The notes below the pieces were generated by a model. It worked only from the letters and a program-made list of their open reading frames with translations, was not told the origin of the DNA and made no database searches. 64,000 nucleotides of DNA from Candidatus Hodarchaeota archaeon. GTDB taxonomy: Archaea > Asgardarchaeota > Lokiarchaeia > Sigyniarchaeales > SOKP01. Made by a program: the position numbers and the translations under genes. The stretch lies in contig JBHLJY010000010.1 of assembly GCA_048887225.1 (NCBI GenBank), forward strand, positions 23,838 to 87,837. The letters run 5' to 3'. This document shows positions 29,610 through 40,002 of this stretch, in pieces (the first letter of the stretch is position 1; each line of letters opens with the position of its first letter).

Positions 29610-30620
29610 ATGATAGAGAAATTTTTAGTTATATCTTATTTTGATATGCACATAGGGCCTAATATCCTTTACAGTAATTCAGATTTTAGTAATGTCTATG
29701 AATTTCCTGATTTAACGAAAATATTGGATTTTATTGATGAGGATGGTACTTTTTTATTTTCTTTTAGAAAATTTCAAACTATTAATACTGTTTTTTATAT
29801 GAAATCTGACAATGCAAGGGGAGGAAAAGATCTACTTATGATTTCTTGTGTAATCCAAGCCTCATATTTTAAAAATGAACTAACTGATATTCTTCAATAC
29901 TTAGAATCAAAGAAACCTCTTTTGGAAAAATTTGTAGCTGAATTGAAAGCACTCCCGAATTTTAACTTAGTTCTACACAAATATAAAAAAAATCCGACCA
30001 TAAAGCAATTTACAGAATATTGTGAAAAAGAAAAAGTAGATTTTTTTTCTATTTATGATAGATTTTTTGATCTAATTTACCCAGAATCTGAAATCAGAAT
30101 CATCACCCAAGATATTAATCTTCAAAAAAAAATTTTACTATTAGGACCTAAAGGTTCTGGTAAAGATACATTTTTAAGATCCATTGAAGCGCTCCAATTT
30201 TATAGTCAAAGCAAATTAGATATTCCCACTAGGATTCTAGGTATAATAATTGATAATATTATTTTGTCTAATACATTTGAATTTTTAAATGGCAAAGTCG
30301 GATTAGATATCGCTCAAGCGGTAATTTTTCTTATTAAAAATATCGATAAAATTACCTGTAATGAAGTCAATTCATTAATAGAAAAATTTATTTCTTCCTA
30401 TTCAAGCCAGAAGTTTGGAAAAGTTCCGCTTTTAATTATAAATAATGTCTTTAAAGATAAGACACCTTTAAGAGAAAAAGAGATAAAAAAAAATATTTCT
30501 ATCCTTAAAAGATTAAAAAAAGAAAAAATTCCAATTAAATATTATTCACTAAATGTTTTTAAAAAAGACCCGAAATTATTAGAACCTTTAAAGTGGTTAA
30601 TTAAAGAGATTTTTACTTAA
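29610..30620 (+). CDS. uDENN/longin-like domain fused to a degenerate Ras/Arf-like G domain
   Basis: N-term SYFDMHIGPNILY and KSDNARGG (R70); C-term KILLLGPKGSGKDT, AQAVIFLI, VPLLIINN. Confidence 0.75.
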   Translation: MIEKFLVISYFDMHIGPNILYSNSDFSNVYEFPDLTKILDFIDEDGTFLFSFRKFQTINTVFYMKSDNARGGKDLLMISCVIQASYFKNELTDILQYLESKKPLLEKFVAELKALPNFNLVLHKYKKNPTIKQFTEYCEKEKVDFFSIYDRFFDLIYPESEIRIITQDINLQKKILLLGPKGSGKDTFLRSIEALQFYSQSKLDIPTRILGIIIDNIILSNTFEFLNGKVGLDIAQAVIFLIKNIDKITCNEVNSLIEKFISSYSSQKFGKVPLLIINNVFKDKTPLREKEIKKNISILKRLKKEKIPIKYYSLNVFKKDPKLLEPLKWLIKEIFT

Positions 30621-31027
30621 TCATTATTATTTTTCAAAAGAGGAAATGCTAGAGCCATTGTATCAGTGATTTTAATTAAAAAAAGCAAAATTTTCCAGAG
30701 CTAGCTGAAGTTATTATAAACTTTATCAAAAACAATCCATAATTGGAATATTACTTTTTTTGCTTTAGAAAATAAATTTGGATATTTGGAAGTTAAAATC
30801 TATATGGTAGTAAATTATTTGAATTTGTACCTACATTTATAAAAAGGATTTTAATATTTTCGAGATTAAATAAAAGAAATAGAATTATCATTTCAAAAAA
30901 ATCATAAAGATACTCTTTAAATTTATTCATTATTCAAAAATTGCGTTAATAATATATAAATCAAGACTCAGTTAAGAAAAACTGAATTATTCAGTATTGA
31001 ACATTGGATATTAAAGATATAATTGAC

Positions 31028-32518
31028 TTATTCGCTCCCTCCCTCTGTATTGTGTAATTTATTTGATAATTCTCGTTTTTGAGCTTCTAATTCTTTTATT
31101 TTATTTGATAATTCTTGTTTTTGAGTTTCTAATTCTTTTATTTTATTATTTAAAGAATTAATAGAACTTTCCAAGTGGGATGTATTTGAGGTTAAATTGG
31201 ATAAAAAAGTCTGAGTTTCATTTTGTAAATCACTAAATTTTTTTGTTAAAATCTCGATTTGTTCTTTAATATTTTCTCTAAATTTTTCTTGAAATCCTTT
31301 TAATTTGTCTGAAGTTAACTTTTCTATTGATTTTATTTTTTCAGATAAATTTTCTAAAGATAAATGTTGTTGATCTAAATTTTCTGAAGATCTAACGTTT
31401 TTATTAGTCATTTCTGTTAAAATCTTTGAATTTTCATCTAAAATTTGCACAATTTTATTTAGTGAAATTTTAATCTTTTCTTTAAATAATTCATTTATCT
31501 TTAGAGGAAGTTCTTCTTTTAATTTAACCATCAAATTTTCAATATCTTCTCGATCTTTATCAAAAGTTTCAAATCGATCATCTATATAGACTTCAAGCTC
31601 ATTTAGCTTATCTATTAATGAAAATTTAAAATTATTCTGAATAGTATCAAGCCCTTGTTTTAAGCTGTCTTTTAACTCTATTAAATCACCTCTTATTTGT
31701 AAATTATTCTCCATCGTAATTTTTATAATTTCCTGACTCCAAGAGTTAAAATAATTTATTAGTGGTTCAATTGAAAATTGTAAAAAATTTGAAATCCCAT
31801 TATATAAAGCTGAGAATATTTCTTTTAGTTTTAATTCGGGTTTGGCTGCTAATAATTCGCTTTTGTCAGGAAAGAAAATTTCGCCAAAAAGATCCGGAGT
31901 TTCATTGATTTCTAAAATTGGTGGCTCTTGGGAGTGAATAATATTTATTAATTCCATTAATTTAATGTAAAACTCCATATTATCGGGATGTTCTACTCTT
32001 GTTTCTACTTCGTGATATTTTGATTTTGAACCCTTCGAAGGATCGTCAAGTCTGAAAGTTCTAAAACCCAAATCTTCTGGATTTTCTAAATAAGTATGAT
32101 CAAAAACAATCCCGATGGCGCTTGGATTTGGAGTTTGCCAACCAAGTTGATTGAGAATATCTGTTCCTGAAAAAAATATTTGTAAGCCAGGGTGGCTATG
32201 ATACCAACCTACTGTAAACCAATTTTTCTCGGCAAACTCTTCATCCACTTGAGCAAAAGTTATATAATCTTCAGGTGCAAATGCAACTTCAATCGACCCT
32301 CCATGTGAAATCGGAACAGCTTCTTCAACAATAACATTTTTTATTACTCCTTCGCCTTCAAGATGCCCAATTAACATACCCATTACTTCTCTATATTGTC
32401 TAGGATCTCTCGCTCTATTACCAAAACGTAGAGTATGAACTAACATTTTGTAATATGCTAACGGTTTGATCACAACTATTTCATTAGTATCATTTAGCTT
32501 TGAACGGCTTTTACTCAA
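31028..32518 (-). CDS. MPN+/JAMM metalloprotease domain + long coiled coil
   Basis: EVMG...GWYHSHPGLQIFFSGTD is an intact JAMM motif. Confidence 0.88.
   Translation of the reverse strand: MSKSRSKLNDTNEIVVIKPLAYYKMLVHTLRFGNRARDPRQYREVMGMLIGHLEGEGVIKNVIVEEAVPISHGGSIEVAFAPEDYITFAQVDEEFAEKNWFTVGWYHSHPGLQIFFSGTDILNQLGWQTPNPSAIGIVFDHTYLENPEDLGFRTFRLDDPSKGSKSKYHEVETRVEHPDNMEFYIKLMELINIIHSQEPPILEINETPDLFGEIFFPDKSELLAAKPELKLKEIFSALYNGISNFLQFSIEPLINYFNSWSQEIIKITMENNLQIRGDLIELKDSLKQGLDTIQNNFKFSLIDKLNELEVYIDDRFETFDKDREDIENLMVKLKEELPLKINELFKEKIKISLNKIVQILDENSKILTEMTNKNVRSSENLDQQHLSLENLSEKIKSIEKLTSDKLKGFQEKFRENIKEQIEILTKKFSDLQNETQTFLSNLTSNTSHLESSINSLNNKIKELETQKQELSNKIKELEAQKRELSNKLHNTEGGSE
31058..31147. 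repeat. 42-nt tandem repeat (two heptads per unit) at the coiled-coil end
   Basis: tttatttgataattctYgtttttgagYttctaattcttttat x2; protein NKIKELETQKQELS/NKIKELEAQKRELS. Confidence 0.85.
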
Positions 32519-32641
32519 ATATATTCACTTTTTTTGAAATATAGATTTGTTAATTCTTAATATTATTAATATAATTTAACTGATTTAAATTTTCAATATA
32601 ACTATTTGAAGAATAAAAAAGAGTAAAATTAATCGCTAATA

Positions 32642-33328
32642 CTAATGCTCATGAGGTAATGGCTTTCCGCAAAAAGGGCAAAATTTGAAGTCTATATCTT
32701 TCCCGCAATATGGACAGAATTTAGATATTTCTTCCGCGACCTCTTCTGAAGGTGTCTCCACAGATACTTCTTCTTTCGGAGGGGCTCCTGGAATTGTGGG
32801 TAATTGTCGTTTTGTTTTCATTGTAGGTGCTGATACTTTTTCTTCCTTTGCTCTCTCAGCTGCCACCCTTTCTTTGAAAGCTATGCGCTGTTCTTCAATC
32901 ATATCCTCTTGAGTTTTCTCACCTTCTTGCTTAACCCAACCAGGACCTTTAGAAGGTCGTTTTATCTCGCTTTCGGGAACTTTTTCTAATTCAACCTCTT
33001 TTGTTTCAGCAATGGGTACCTTTGCTTTTTTCTCTTGTTTTCTCTCAAGTGCCTGTTTTACCAAGGCTTGTGAGGTCTTCATAATTTGATGAGGATTAAT
33101 GTTAGGTATCATTACAGTTCTTAATACCCAGCCAACAAGGTAATTCTGATTTGGATATTCCCTTTCTGCTGCTAATTCTGTGTCTTTAAATACATATGAA
33201 TCAATCACATCTTTACCTTTTAGAATTCGGGAGGCCCATTTATTATTAATCAAACCAAGTTGCAATCGATAAGATGTCCCGGCTATTCCAAGCTGACCAG
33301 TTAATGGAATAAAACCTTGTTCAGTCAA
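32642..33328 (-). CDS. Hypothetical protein with charged linker and C-terminal zinc ribbon
   Basis: CPYCG...CPFCG; GTGAT SD then TTG start. Confidence 0.8.
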   Translation of the reverse strand: MTEQGFIPLTGQLGIAGTSYRLQLGLINNKWASRILKGKDVIDSYVFKDTELAAEREYPNQNYLVGWVLRTVMIPNINPHQIMKTSQALVKQALERKQEKKAKVPIAETKEVELEKVPESEIKRPSKGPGWVKQEGEKTQEDMIEEQRIAFKERVAAERAKEEKVSAPTMKTKRQLPTIPGAPPKEEVSVETPSEEVAEEISKFCPYCGKDIDFKFCPFCGKPLPHEH

Positions 33329-33520
33329 ATTAAATCACACTTTTTTTATATGAATAAAAATCCTATTTTCAACTGGAATTTGTTATAATTTGAATTATAA
33401 TTATGATAATAATATAATTTTAATAATTAAATAATTTTATATTCAAGAAAAAACATAAATAAAAAAAATATTATTATGAGTAAAAAAGCTTATAAAAATA
33501 AAAAAAACATCCATTAAAAA

Positions 33521-34477
33521 ATGACCGTTATTATTCCAAAAAAGGCTTATTTAACTGTTGTAGCAGCTTCTATTAGATATGCTAACGCTAAGATTCCTTT
33601 TGATGATTGGTTAGAAATTTATGGTATTTTTACTGGAAAGACTTCCAAAGATGGTGAAGATTTAATAATTACAGAAGCATATAATATAACACATCAAGTT
33701 AGAAAGGAAGAGGATATAATAGACAAAGTATTTTGGTCTGACGAAGATTATATTTCATTTAGCATAATTGACGACGAAGCTTTTTCAAAAGGTGAATATA
33801 CTGTAGGATGGTTTCATTCTCATCCAGGTCATAGAGTTATGATGACTAGTTTGGATATTCGTACTACAGCAACTTATCAAAAATTTAATCCTCTCGCAAT
33901 ATCCCTTGTATTTAATCCTGAACGATTAATTAAACAACGTGAACCAGCAGTAAAAAGAGGAGATCCAGATATTAAATTAAAAAACGATCCTGGGTTTAAG
34001 ATTTTTAGTTTAGATGATCCTGAAATGCTTGATTCAAATTATCACGAAGTAAATGATTATAGGATTGAGGGATTTGAAAGCATGGAACAATTAGTTGAGA
34101 AATCTCAAAAATTTGCCTTGGATATAACTAATCTCTTTCCGAAAGATGATATTATTAAAAGCTATAAGAAGTTCGTAAAAAGTAATATAAAGCAGTTAAA
34201 TTCATTATTAATGGGAACTGAAGAATATTTGAAAACATTGGCATTAAAAGGTGAAAAGAGTAGGATTCCTGAAGTTTTAGAAACACAAGGAAAAGATATT
34301 AAAAAATTTGTAGCTGAAACATTCATGAAAATAGAAAATATAAAAGATTTCATGGATTATCTTGAATATAAAGAAAGAGAGGCTATAATTCCAAAAGTAA
34401 ATGATGTCTTATCTAGATGGGATGATGCTATTTCTAATTTGGATCATCAATTAAACGAATTATCAAGAAAATTTTAA
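33521..34477 (+). CDS. Third MPN/JAMM protein with helical C-terminus
   Basis: EIYG...GWFHSHPGHRVMMTSLD (both His and the Asp retained). Confidence 0.85.
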   Translation: MTVIIPKKAYLTVVAASIRYANAKIPFDDWLEIYGIFTGKTSKDGEDLIITEAYNITHQVRKEEDIIDKVFWSDEDYISFSIIDDEAFSKGEYTVGWFHSHPGHRVMMTSLDIRTTATYQKFNPLAISLVFNPERLIKQREPAVKRGDPDIKLKNDPGFKIFSLDDPEMLDSNYHEVNDYRIEGFESMEQLVEKSQKFALDITNLFPKDDIIKSYKKFVKSNIKQLNSLLMGTEEYLKTLALKGEKSRIPEVLETQGKDIKKFVAETFMKIENIKDFMDYLEYKEREAIIPKVNDVLSRWDDAISNLDHQLNELSRKF

Positions 34478-34577
34478 TATTTTGCGTATTGATAATAATA
34501 TTATTGATAGTTGGTTTGTATCCAAAATTTTTTAATTTCTTTTATTTTACTAAAGTTAAAAGTTTCTTAGACTTATA

Positions 34578-36788
34578 ATGAAAAAGATTAATTTTCCATT
34601 TACAGCGATATTAGGACAAGACAAAATGAAAATGGGCTTAATTTTAAATGTAATTGATCCTCAAATTGGTGGAGTTTTATTAACAGGTCACCAAGGGACT
34701 GGGAAGTCAACCGCCGTGAGATCTTTAGTGGAAGTTATGCCAAAAATAGAAACAATTGAAGACTGTCAATTTTCTTGCGATCTAAAATCAAATATCGATG
34801 ATCTCTGTGCTTCCTGTCGCGAGAAAAAGGAAAAAGGAAAATTAAAAACATATATTCGAGAAATGAAAATTGTGAACCTACCTCTTGGGGTTACTGAAGA
34901 TATGGTATGCGGAAGTTTATCCATTGATAAAGTTCTTACAGAAGGAACTTCAGAACTTCATCCAGGCTTATTGGCTAAAGCAAATCGAGGGATTTTATAT
35001 GTCGATGAAATTAATCTATTACAAGATCATATAGTTGATGTTCTATTAGATGCTGCAGCCTCAGGAGTTAATATAATCGAAAGAGAAGGAATCTCTGTTA
35101 TGCACCCCTCTAGGTTTGTACTAGTTGGCTCAATGAATCCTGAAGAAGGAGAATTAAGGCCTCAAATAGCCGATCGATTAGGTTTGGAGGTAAAAATTAA
35201 GGCGCCTCGTGATCCTGTTTTACGGGCTGAAATTACAAAGCGAGTAATAGAATTTGATGACAATCCGAAAGAATTCGTAAAAAAATTTGATAAGAAACAA
35301 GAACAACTAAAGCAAAAAATTATTAAGGCAAGAGATATAATAAAAGAAGTTCAGATTCCAGCGAAGATTTATGAATTAGTATCAAAAATCGTTAATGATC
35401 TCGGGATTTTCTCACAAAGAGCAGATATCACTTTCATTAGATGTGCTAGAGCTCACGCTGCTTTAAATAATAGAAGGAAGATTGAACAGGAGGATCTCAA
35501 TGTTGCTATGGATTTAGTTTTCGAGCATCGTATTGCATCATTACATTATGAACTGACACCTAAAGAGATAAAAGCAAAAATTACCGAAGTTTACGGAAAA
35601 ATTGAAGAAGCATACGAAGACCCAAAAATATATAAGTCAAATCCGGAAACTGAAGGGCCTTTAAAGCACGATGATGCTGCGCAAGAAGAATTCAAACGGC
35701 AATCTGTTGATCCTGATAAAGTAGATGTTGGAGAAACGAAAGAACAAAAACTTCCTCCTCCTAAATATCCAGATAAGAAAAAGAGAAAAGCAAGACCAGC
35801 AGGTGGCTGGAAAGTTAAGGATATACCAATTGAAGAAGCGGATAATTTTAATTTATCAGATGATGATTTTGATATAATCCCCTTTATTTATAAGATGGAA
35901 AAAAAAATGACTTCTATTTTAGATAATATTCGCAAGGATCGTAGAATTTCTGATTATGGAGGTCGGGGGATTGGTCGTAGAATTAAAATAGCGTCATCTC
36001 AAAAAGGAAGATACGTATCGTATCGAAGTCCTAGAGGTCAACAACCAAAAAGTATTGCATTAGATGCTACAATAAGGAATTACTTAAAAAATATTATTTA
36101 CAATCAAACGGAAATTAACTTTCCGATTAGATTTAATAAATACGATTTGATGGATAAAATTTACGAATATCGGGCACCTTTAGCGCTATTTTTTGTCCTT
36201 GACAGTTCAGCGTCAATGTACTATGTTATTAAACAAATGACTGATGTTATTTTATCTTTACAAAAAGAAGGATATAGGAAAAGAGATAAAATTTGCCTTA
36301 TAATCTTTAGAGGTAAAGAAGCAGTTGTTTTGCAGAAACCTACTGTTAATTTTAAATATGCAGTAAATAAGTTAAAAAAAATAGAAGGAAAATCATATAC
36401 ACCAATGGCAGCTGCTTTAAGGAAGGTTATGGATTTAATAAAAGTAGAGAGAATGAAAAATCGAAATATAGTTCCTGTAATTTTTATTTGTTCAGACTGT
36501 GGTGCTAATATTTCAGCGAAATATCCTGAGTTGATTGCTCAAATCGAAAGTGACTATGCTGTGGTTATTCAAGAATTAAAGGAATTGACCAAAAAACTGA
36601 CAAAACAAAAAGTTCACATAGTTGTGTTAGAACCAAAGAAATCATATGCAACGCAAGCACTCGGTGTACATCCATATTCTGCTGATAAAATAAAAAAAAA
36701 TTTTAAGAAGTATGGTAATGCTGAGATATATAAGTTCGATCGTTATAATCCGTCTTCTTTGATCCTTGAATTAAAAAAGATTCTTTAA
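34578..36788 (+). CDS. ChlI/ChlD-like AAA+ ATPase fused to VWA domain
   Basis: FPFTAILGQ, GHQGTGKS, YVDE, MNPEEGELR; MIDAS DSSAS...T...SD. Confidence 0.9.
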   Translation: MKKINFPFTAILGQDKMKMGLILNVIDPQIGGVLLTGHQGTGKSTAVRSLVEVMPKIETIEDCQFSCDLKSNIDDLCASCREKKEKGKLKTYIREMKIVNLPLGVTEDMVCGSLSIDKVLTEGTSELHPGLLAKANRGILYVDEINLLQDHIVDVLLDAAASGVNIIEREGISVMHPSRFVLVGSMNPEEGELRPQIADRLGLEVKIKAPRDPVLRAEITKRVIEFDDNPKEFVKKFDKKQEQLKQKIIKARDIIKEVQIPAKIYELVSKIVNDLGIFSQRADITFIRCARAHAALNNRRKIEQEDLNVAMDLVFEHRIASLHYELTPKEIKAKITEVYGKIEEAYEDPKIYKSNPETEGPLKHDDAAQEEFKRQSVDPDKVDVGETKEQKLPPPKYPDKKKRKARPAGGWKVKDIPIEEADNFNLSDDDFDIIPFIYKMEKKMTSILDNIRKDRRISDYGGRGIGRRIKIASSQKGRYVSYRSPRGQQPKSIALDATIRNYLKNIIYNQTEINFPIRFNKYDLMDKIYEYRAPLALFFVLDSSASMYYVIKQMTDVILSLQKEGYRKRDKICLIIFRGKEAVVLQKPTVNFKYAVNKLKKIEGKSYTPMAAALRKVMDLIKVERMKNRNIVPVIFICSDCGANISAKYPELIAQIESDYAVVIQELKELTKKLTKQKVHIVVLEPKKSYATQALGVHPYSADKIKKNFKKYGNAEIYKFDRYNPSSLILELKKIL

Positions 36789-36842
36789 TGGCAAATCTAA
36801 GTTCTAAAATTTATTTTTTAATACTAATTTAAGGTTAATATA

Positions 36843-38078
36843 GTGAAATCCATTTTAGTTGTGGGATTTAACACGCGTCCATTAGCATATTCCCTGAAAA
36901 ATGCGGGGTATGAGGTATATGCTGTAGATTTTTTCGGTGATCTGGATTTATATCCAAATATAAAGGATTGCATAATTGTTATTAAGAAGCTGCAGACTAA
37001 TTATTCACTAATTAAAGATAGATATAGCAAATTTTTAGCTGAATTTACTATAGATTTAATGCAAATGTACCCTAAGATAAATTATATCTTAATTAGCAGT
37101 GGTTTAGACGATTCATATAAAGAAAGAGAAATGATTCTAAATGAGATAAAAAAAAGCAAATATAAGATTTTAAGCCTTAATAACAAAATAGATACAATTA
37201 AAAAAGCTCGAAATATTGAAAATATTTATAATATTTTAAAATCTAAAGAGTATCACGTTCCTTTAACGTACTCCTTTGAGGAGTTTAAATCCAAAATCTA
37301 TAAATTTGAATTTCCTTTTATTTTTAAAAAAAAAAAAGGATCTGGTGGGATTAATGTCAACAAGATTGAAAACGAGAATCAATTATCTTTTTTTATAAAG
37401 AAGCAAAAAATCAAGCGCTTTAATCCATCAGATTGGCTAATTCAAGAATATATAAAAGGATTGCCTATTAGTTGTACGGTTATATCAAATGGTTTAGAAT
37501 GTGAAGTAATCTCGATCAATAGACAACTTATTGGATTAAAATTTCTAAATCCTCCTAAAGAATTTATGTATTGTGGTAATATAGTTCCTGCTAATATAAT
37601 TAAAGAGGATGAAAAATTAATTTCTGAGATTTCAGTATTTTTAACTAAAACGCTCGGTTTAAGGGGTATAAATGGATTTGATTTTGTATTGAAAGATCAT
37701 TATCCTTATCTGATGGAGATCAATCCAAGAATACCTGGTTCTATTAATGTTTCGGAAACTGTTTTGAATTTAAACTTATTAGATTTACATATAAAAAGTT
37801 TTATAAATTCTAAATGGGAATTTATTAAAAATACAATTAACTGTACTAAACCTAAAGGATTTGCAACTAAATTGATAATGTTTGCTCCAAAAGAAATTGA
37901 TAAGGAAGTAATACCAAAAATAAATCAACTTGAAAATGTATACGATAAAACTGAACCAAAAACAGTATTAAAAGACGAACCTTTATGTACAATATTATAT
38001 AAAGATAAAAATTTTTCAGAATCTTATTTTGGAGCGTTAAAAATTGTAAATGAAATAAAGAAAATTATAGGGGATTAA
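36843..38078 (+). CDS. ATP-grasp domain protein (COG2232-like)
   Basis: D.FGDLD, KGSGG, IQEYIKG, GFDF, EINPR. Confidence 0.85.
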   Translation: MKSILVVGFNTRPLAYSLKNAGYEVYAVDFFGDLDLYPNIKDCIIVIKKLQTNYSLIKDRYSKFLAEFTIDLMQMYPKINYILISSGLDDSYKEREMILNEIKKSKYKILSLNNKIDTIKKARNIENIYNILKSKEYHVPLTYSFEEFKSKIYKFEFPFIFKKKKGSGGINVNKIENENQLSFFIKKQKIKRFNPSDWLIQEYIKGLPISCTVISNGLECEVISINRQLIGLKFLNPPKEFMYCGNIVPANIIKEDEKLISEISVFLTKTLGLRGINGFDFVLKDHYPYLMEINPRIPGSINVSETVLNLNLLDLHIKSFINSKWEFIKNTINCTKPKGFATKLIMFAPKEIDKEVIPKINQLENVYDKTEPKTVLKDEPLCTILYKDKNFSESYFGALKIVNEIKKIIGD

Positions 38079-38255
38079 TCATTACTTCATATTTGCTTTA
38101 ATTTTGCTATAAGTTGATAATCAAAACTATACTTGAAAAAAATTAAAATTATATTTTATTAAGAATGCTATTATTATATTTATTTAGAATAAAAAAGTTA
38201 ATACTATATATTTTTAAAATGGAATGAAAGATTTTCGTTAAAGTTTAGTGGCCTA

Positions 38256-39083
38256 ATGATGGAAACGGAAGATTTAAAAAGCAAAATTAAAACTTTATAT
38301 GACACAATTAATAATCTTAAGGATTCTCTAAATCTAAAAGATGATCAATTAAATACAATGCAATCTACATTGAATTTAAAAGATGAACAAATAAAGACAC
38401 TAGAAAACTCGTTAAAATTAAAAGAAGAAAAAATAGATACTCTAGAAAAGACGGTAAAACTTAGAGAAGAAGAAATAAAATCTACAGCGGACTCAACAGT
38501 TGATAAGGAATTAGTAGATGAAAAAGAAAAAAAAATTGAAGACCTTCAAAAAGAAGTTGAAATATTAAACGATGAATTAAGCAAACTAGACGAAGAAATC
38601 GAACAATTAGAATTAGAAAACAAAAAATTAAAAGAAATAAGTTCTAGTTCCTCGGATTCAAAAATAATCGATTTCACAAATATTGTAATTAGTAAATCAG
38701 AGATTATAGAGAAAATGCGAGAAATTCTTCAAAAAGCCCTCCATAGTGTAACAATTGTAGTTCCTACTATAACAGATTTACAAGATCTTTATCTATATGA
38801 AGTAAGATCTTCCGTTAATATGAAAATCTCATGTGAAATTAATCCTGGAATTGAAGAAAACACTGAATTATTGGATGAATATGAAAGCCTTGATAACATC
38901 TCTCTAAGGAATTTTGAAGGAAGTGATAGGTATGTCATAATAAGAGATGGCGAGGAGTTGTTATTATGTATAATTGGTAAAAACGAAGATAATCATTTAG
39001 TCTTTCACACGAGTGATTCCGCCCATATAAAACTTCTAAATTCCCTCACAATGGAGGCATGGTTGAGAAGCAGAAAGATATAA
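38256..39083 (+). CDS. Coiled-coil protein with C-terminal PLD-like/TrmB-like domain
   Basis: 14-aa repeats (LKDEQIKTLENSLK-like); C-terminus A.HSVTIVVP...IIRDGEE. Confidence 0.7.
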   Translation: MMETEDLKSKIKTLYDTINNLKDSLNLKDDQLNTMQSTLNLKDEQIKTLENSLKLKEEKIDTLEKTVKLREEEIKSTADSTVDKELVDEKEKKIEDLQKEVEILNDELSKLDEEIEQLELENKKLKEISSSSSDSKIIDFTNIVISKSEIIEKMREILQKALHSVTIVVPTITDLQDLYLYEVRSSVNMKISCEINPGIEENTELLDEYESLDNISLRNFEGSDRYVIIRDGEELLLCIIGKNEDNHLVFHTSDSAHIKLLNSLTMEAWLRSRKI

Positions 39084-39111
39084 AATTTTTGCTCTTTCTT
39101 TTTTAATATAT

Positions 39112-39963
39112 TTAAAGCTCTATAAAAGATCTTTTTCTTTTATTAAAAAATGTTAATTGATTATACCCAATTTCTTTAATTAATTCAATTATTTTTTTAA
39201 ATTGATAAGCAAGTTCATTAGGCTCATGTGCGTCAGATCCTAATAATATTGGGATATCTAACTCGTACATTTTTTTTATGATATCTTCACTTGGGTATTG
39301 TTCTTTGATATCTTTTCTAAATCCAGCAGTATTAATTTCTACAACTAGATCTCTCTTTTTAATGAGATCCAGCGCTATAGAAACTTCATCACAAATTAAT
39401 TTTTTTACATTCTCACTAGGAAATTTATTGAATTTTTTAGGTAAATCAAAATGACTAACAATATCTAAATCAAATTCCGTTGAATTTAGCATTTTTTGCA
39501 TAGTATGATAGTATTGCAAAAAAACATTATCAGGCCCTAAAGAATTATACTGTTTTAAAAATCTATTATCATCCATTCCCCAAGGGCCATCTTCTGAGAG
39601 TAATACATGTACAGATCCGAAAATATAATCTAAACGCGATTTAATTTTATTCAGATGAACATTAAGTCCGTCTAATTGGCCTTCTATAAAATCAATTTCA
39701 AATCCTATTTTTATATCAATTTTTTCATGGTACTTTTCTTTTAAATATTCGATTGTTGAGATATAAGTCTCAATTTCGTTCAAAATCATAGCATAATCCT
39801 CTATAGGAATTTCGTCGATTCCTATTAAATAATCATATGGAAAATGATCGCTCATGCCTATTAGGTCTAAATCCAACTCAACAGCTTTTTTAATATAATC
39901 CTCCAGTGATCCAATAGCATGATGACACATTGAATTATGAGTATGCCAATCTTGCAACTTCAT
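39112..39963 (-). CDS. Histidinol-phosphatase, PHP family (HisJ/HisK-like)
   Basis: DWHTH, SDH, GFEID, GSVH, SHFD, EINT, GSDAH. Confidence 0.9.
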   Translation of the reverse strand: MKLQDWHTHNSMCHHAIGSLEDYIKKAVELDLDLIGMSDHFPYDYLIGIDEIPIEDYAMILNEIETYISTIEYLKEKYHEKIDIKIGFEIDFIEGQLDGLNVHLNKIKSRLDYIFGSVHVLLSEDGPWGMDDNRFLKQYNSLGPDNVFLQYYHTMQKMLNSTEFDLDIVSHFDLPKKFNKFPSENVKKLICDEVSIALDLIKKRDLVVEINTAGFRKDIKEQYPSEDIIKKMYELDIPILLGSDAHEPNELAYQFKKIIELIKEIGYNQLTFFNKRKRSFIEL

Positions 39964-40002
39964 TTTATTATTAAATTAAATTTATTAGAAAGATTAAATG
40001 AA

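Noticed and set aside
30621-31027. Pseudogene or RNA in the 400-nt convergent gap
   Set aside because: I found no sustained frame, recognisable motif or convincing helix
34578-36788. Magnesium chelatase / chlorophyll synthesis
   Set aside because: ChlI/D-like AAA-VWA proteins are widespread, and no ChlH/CobN or pigment genes are in the window
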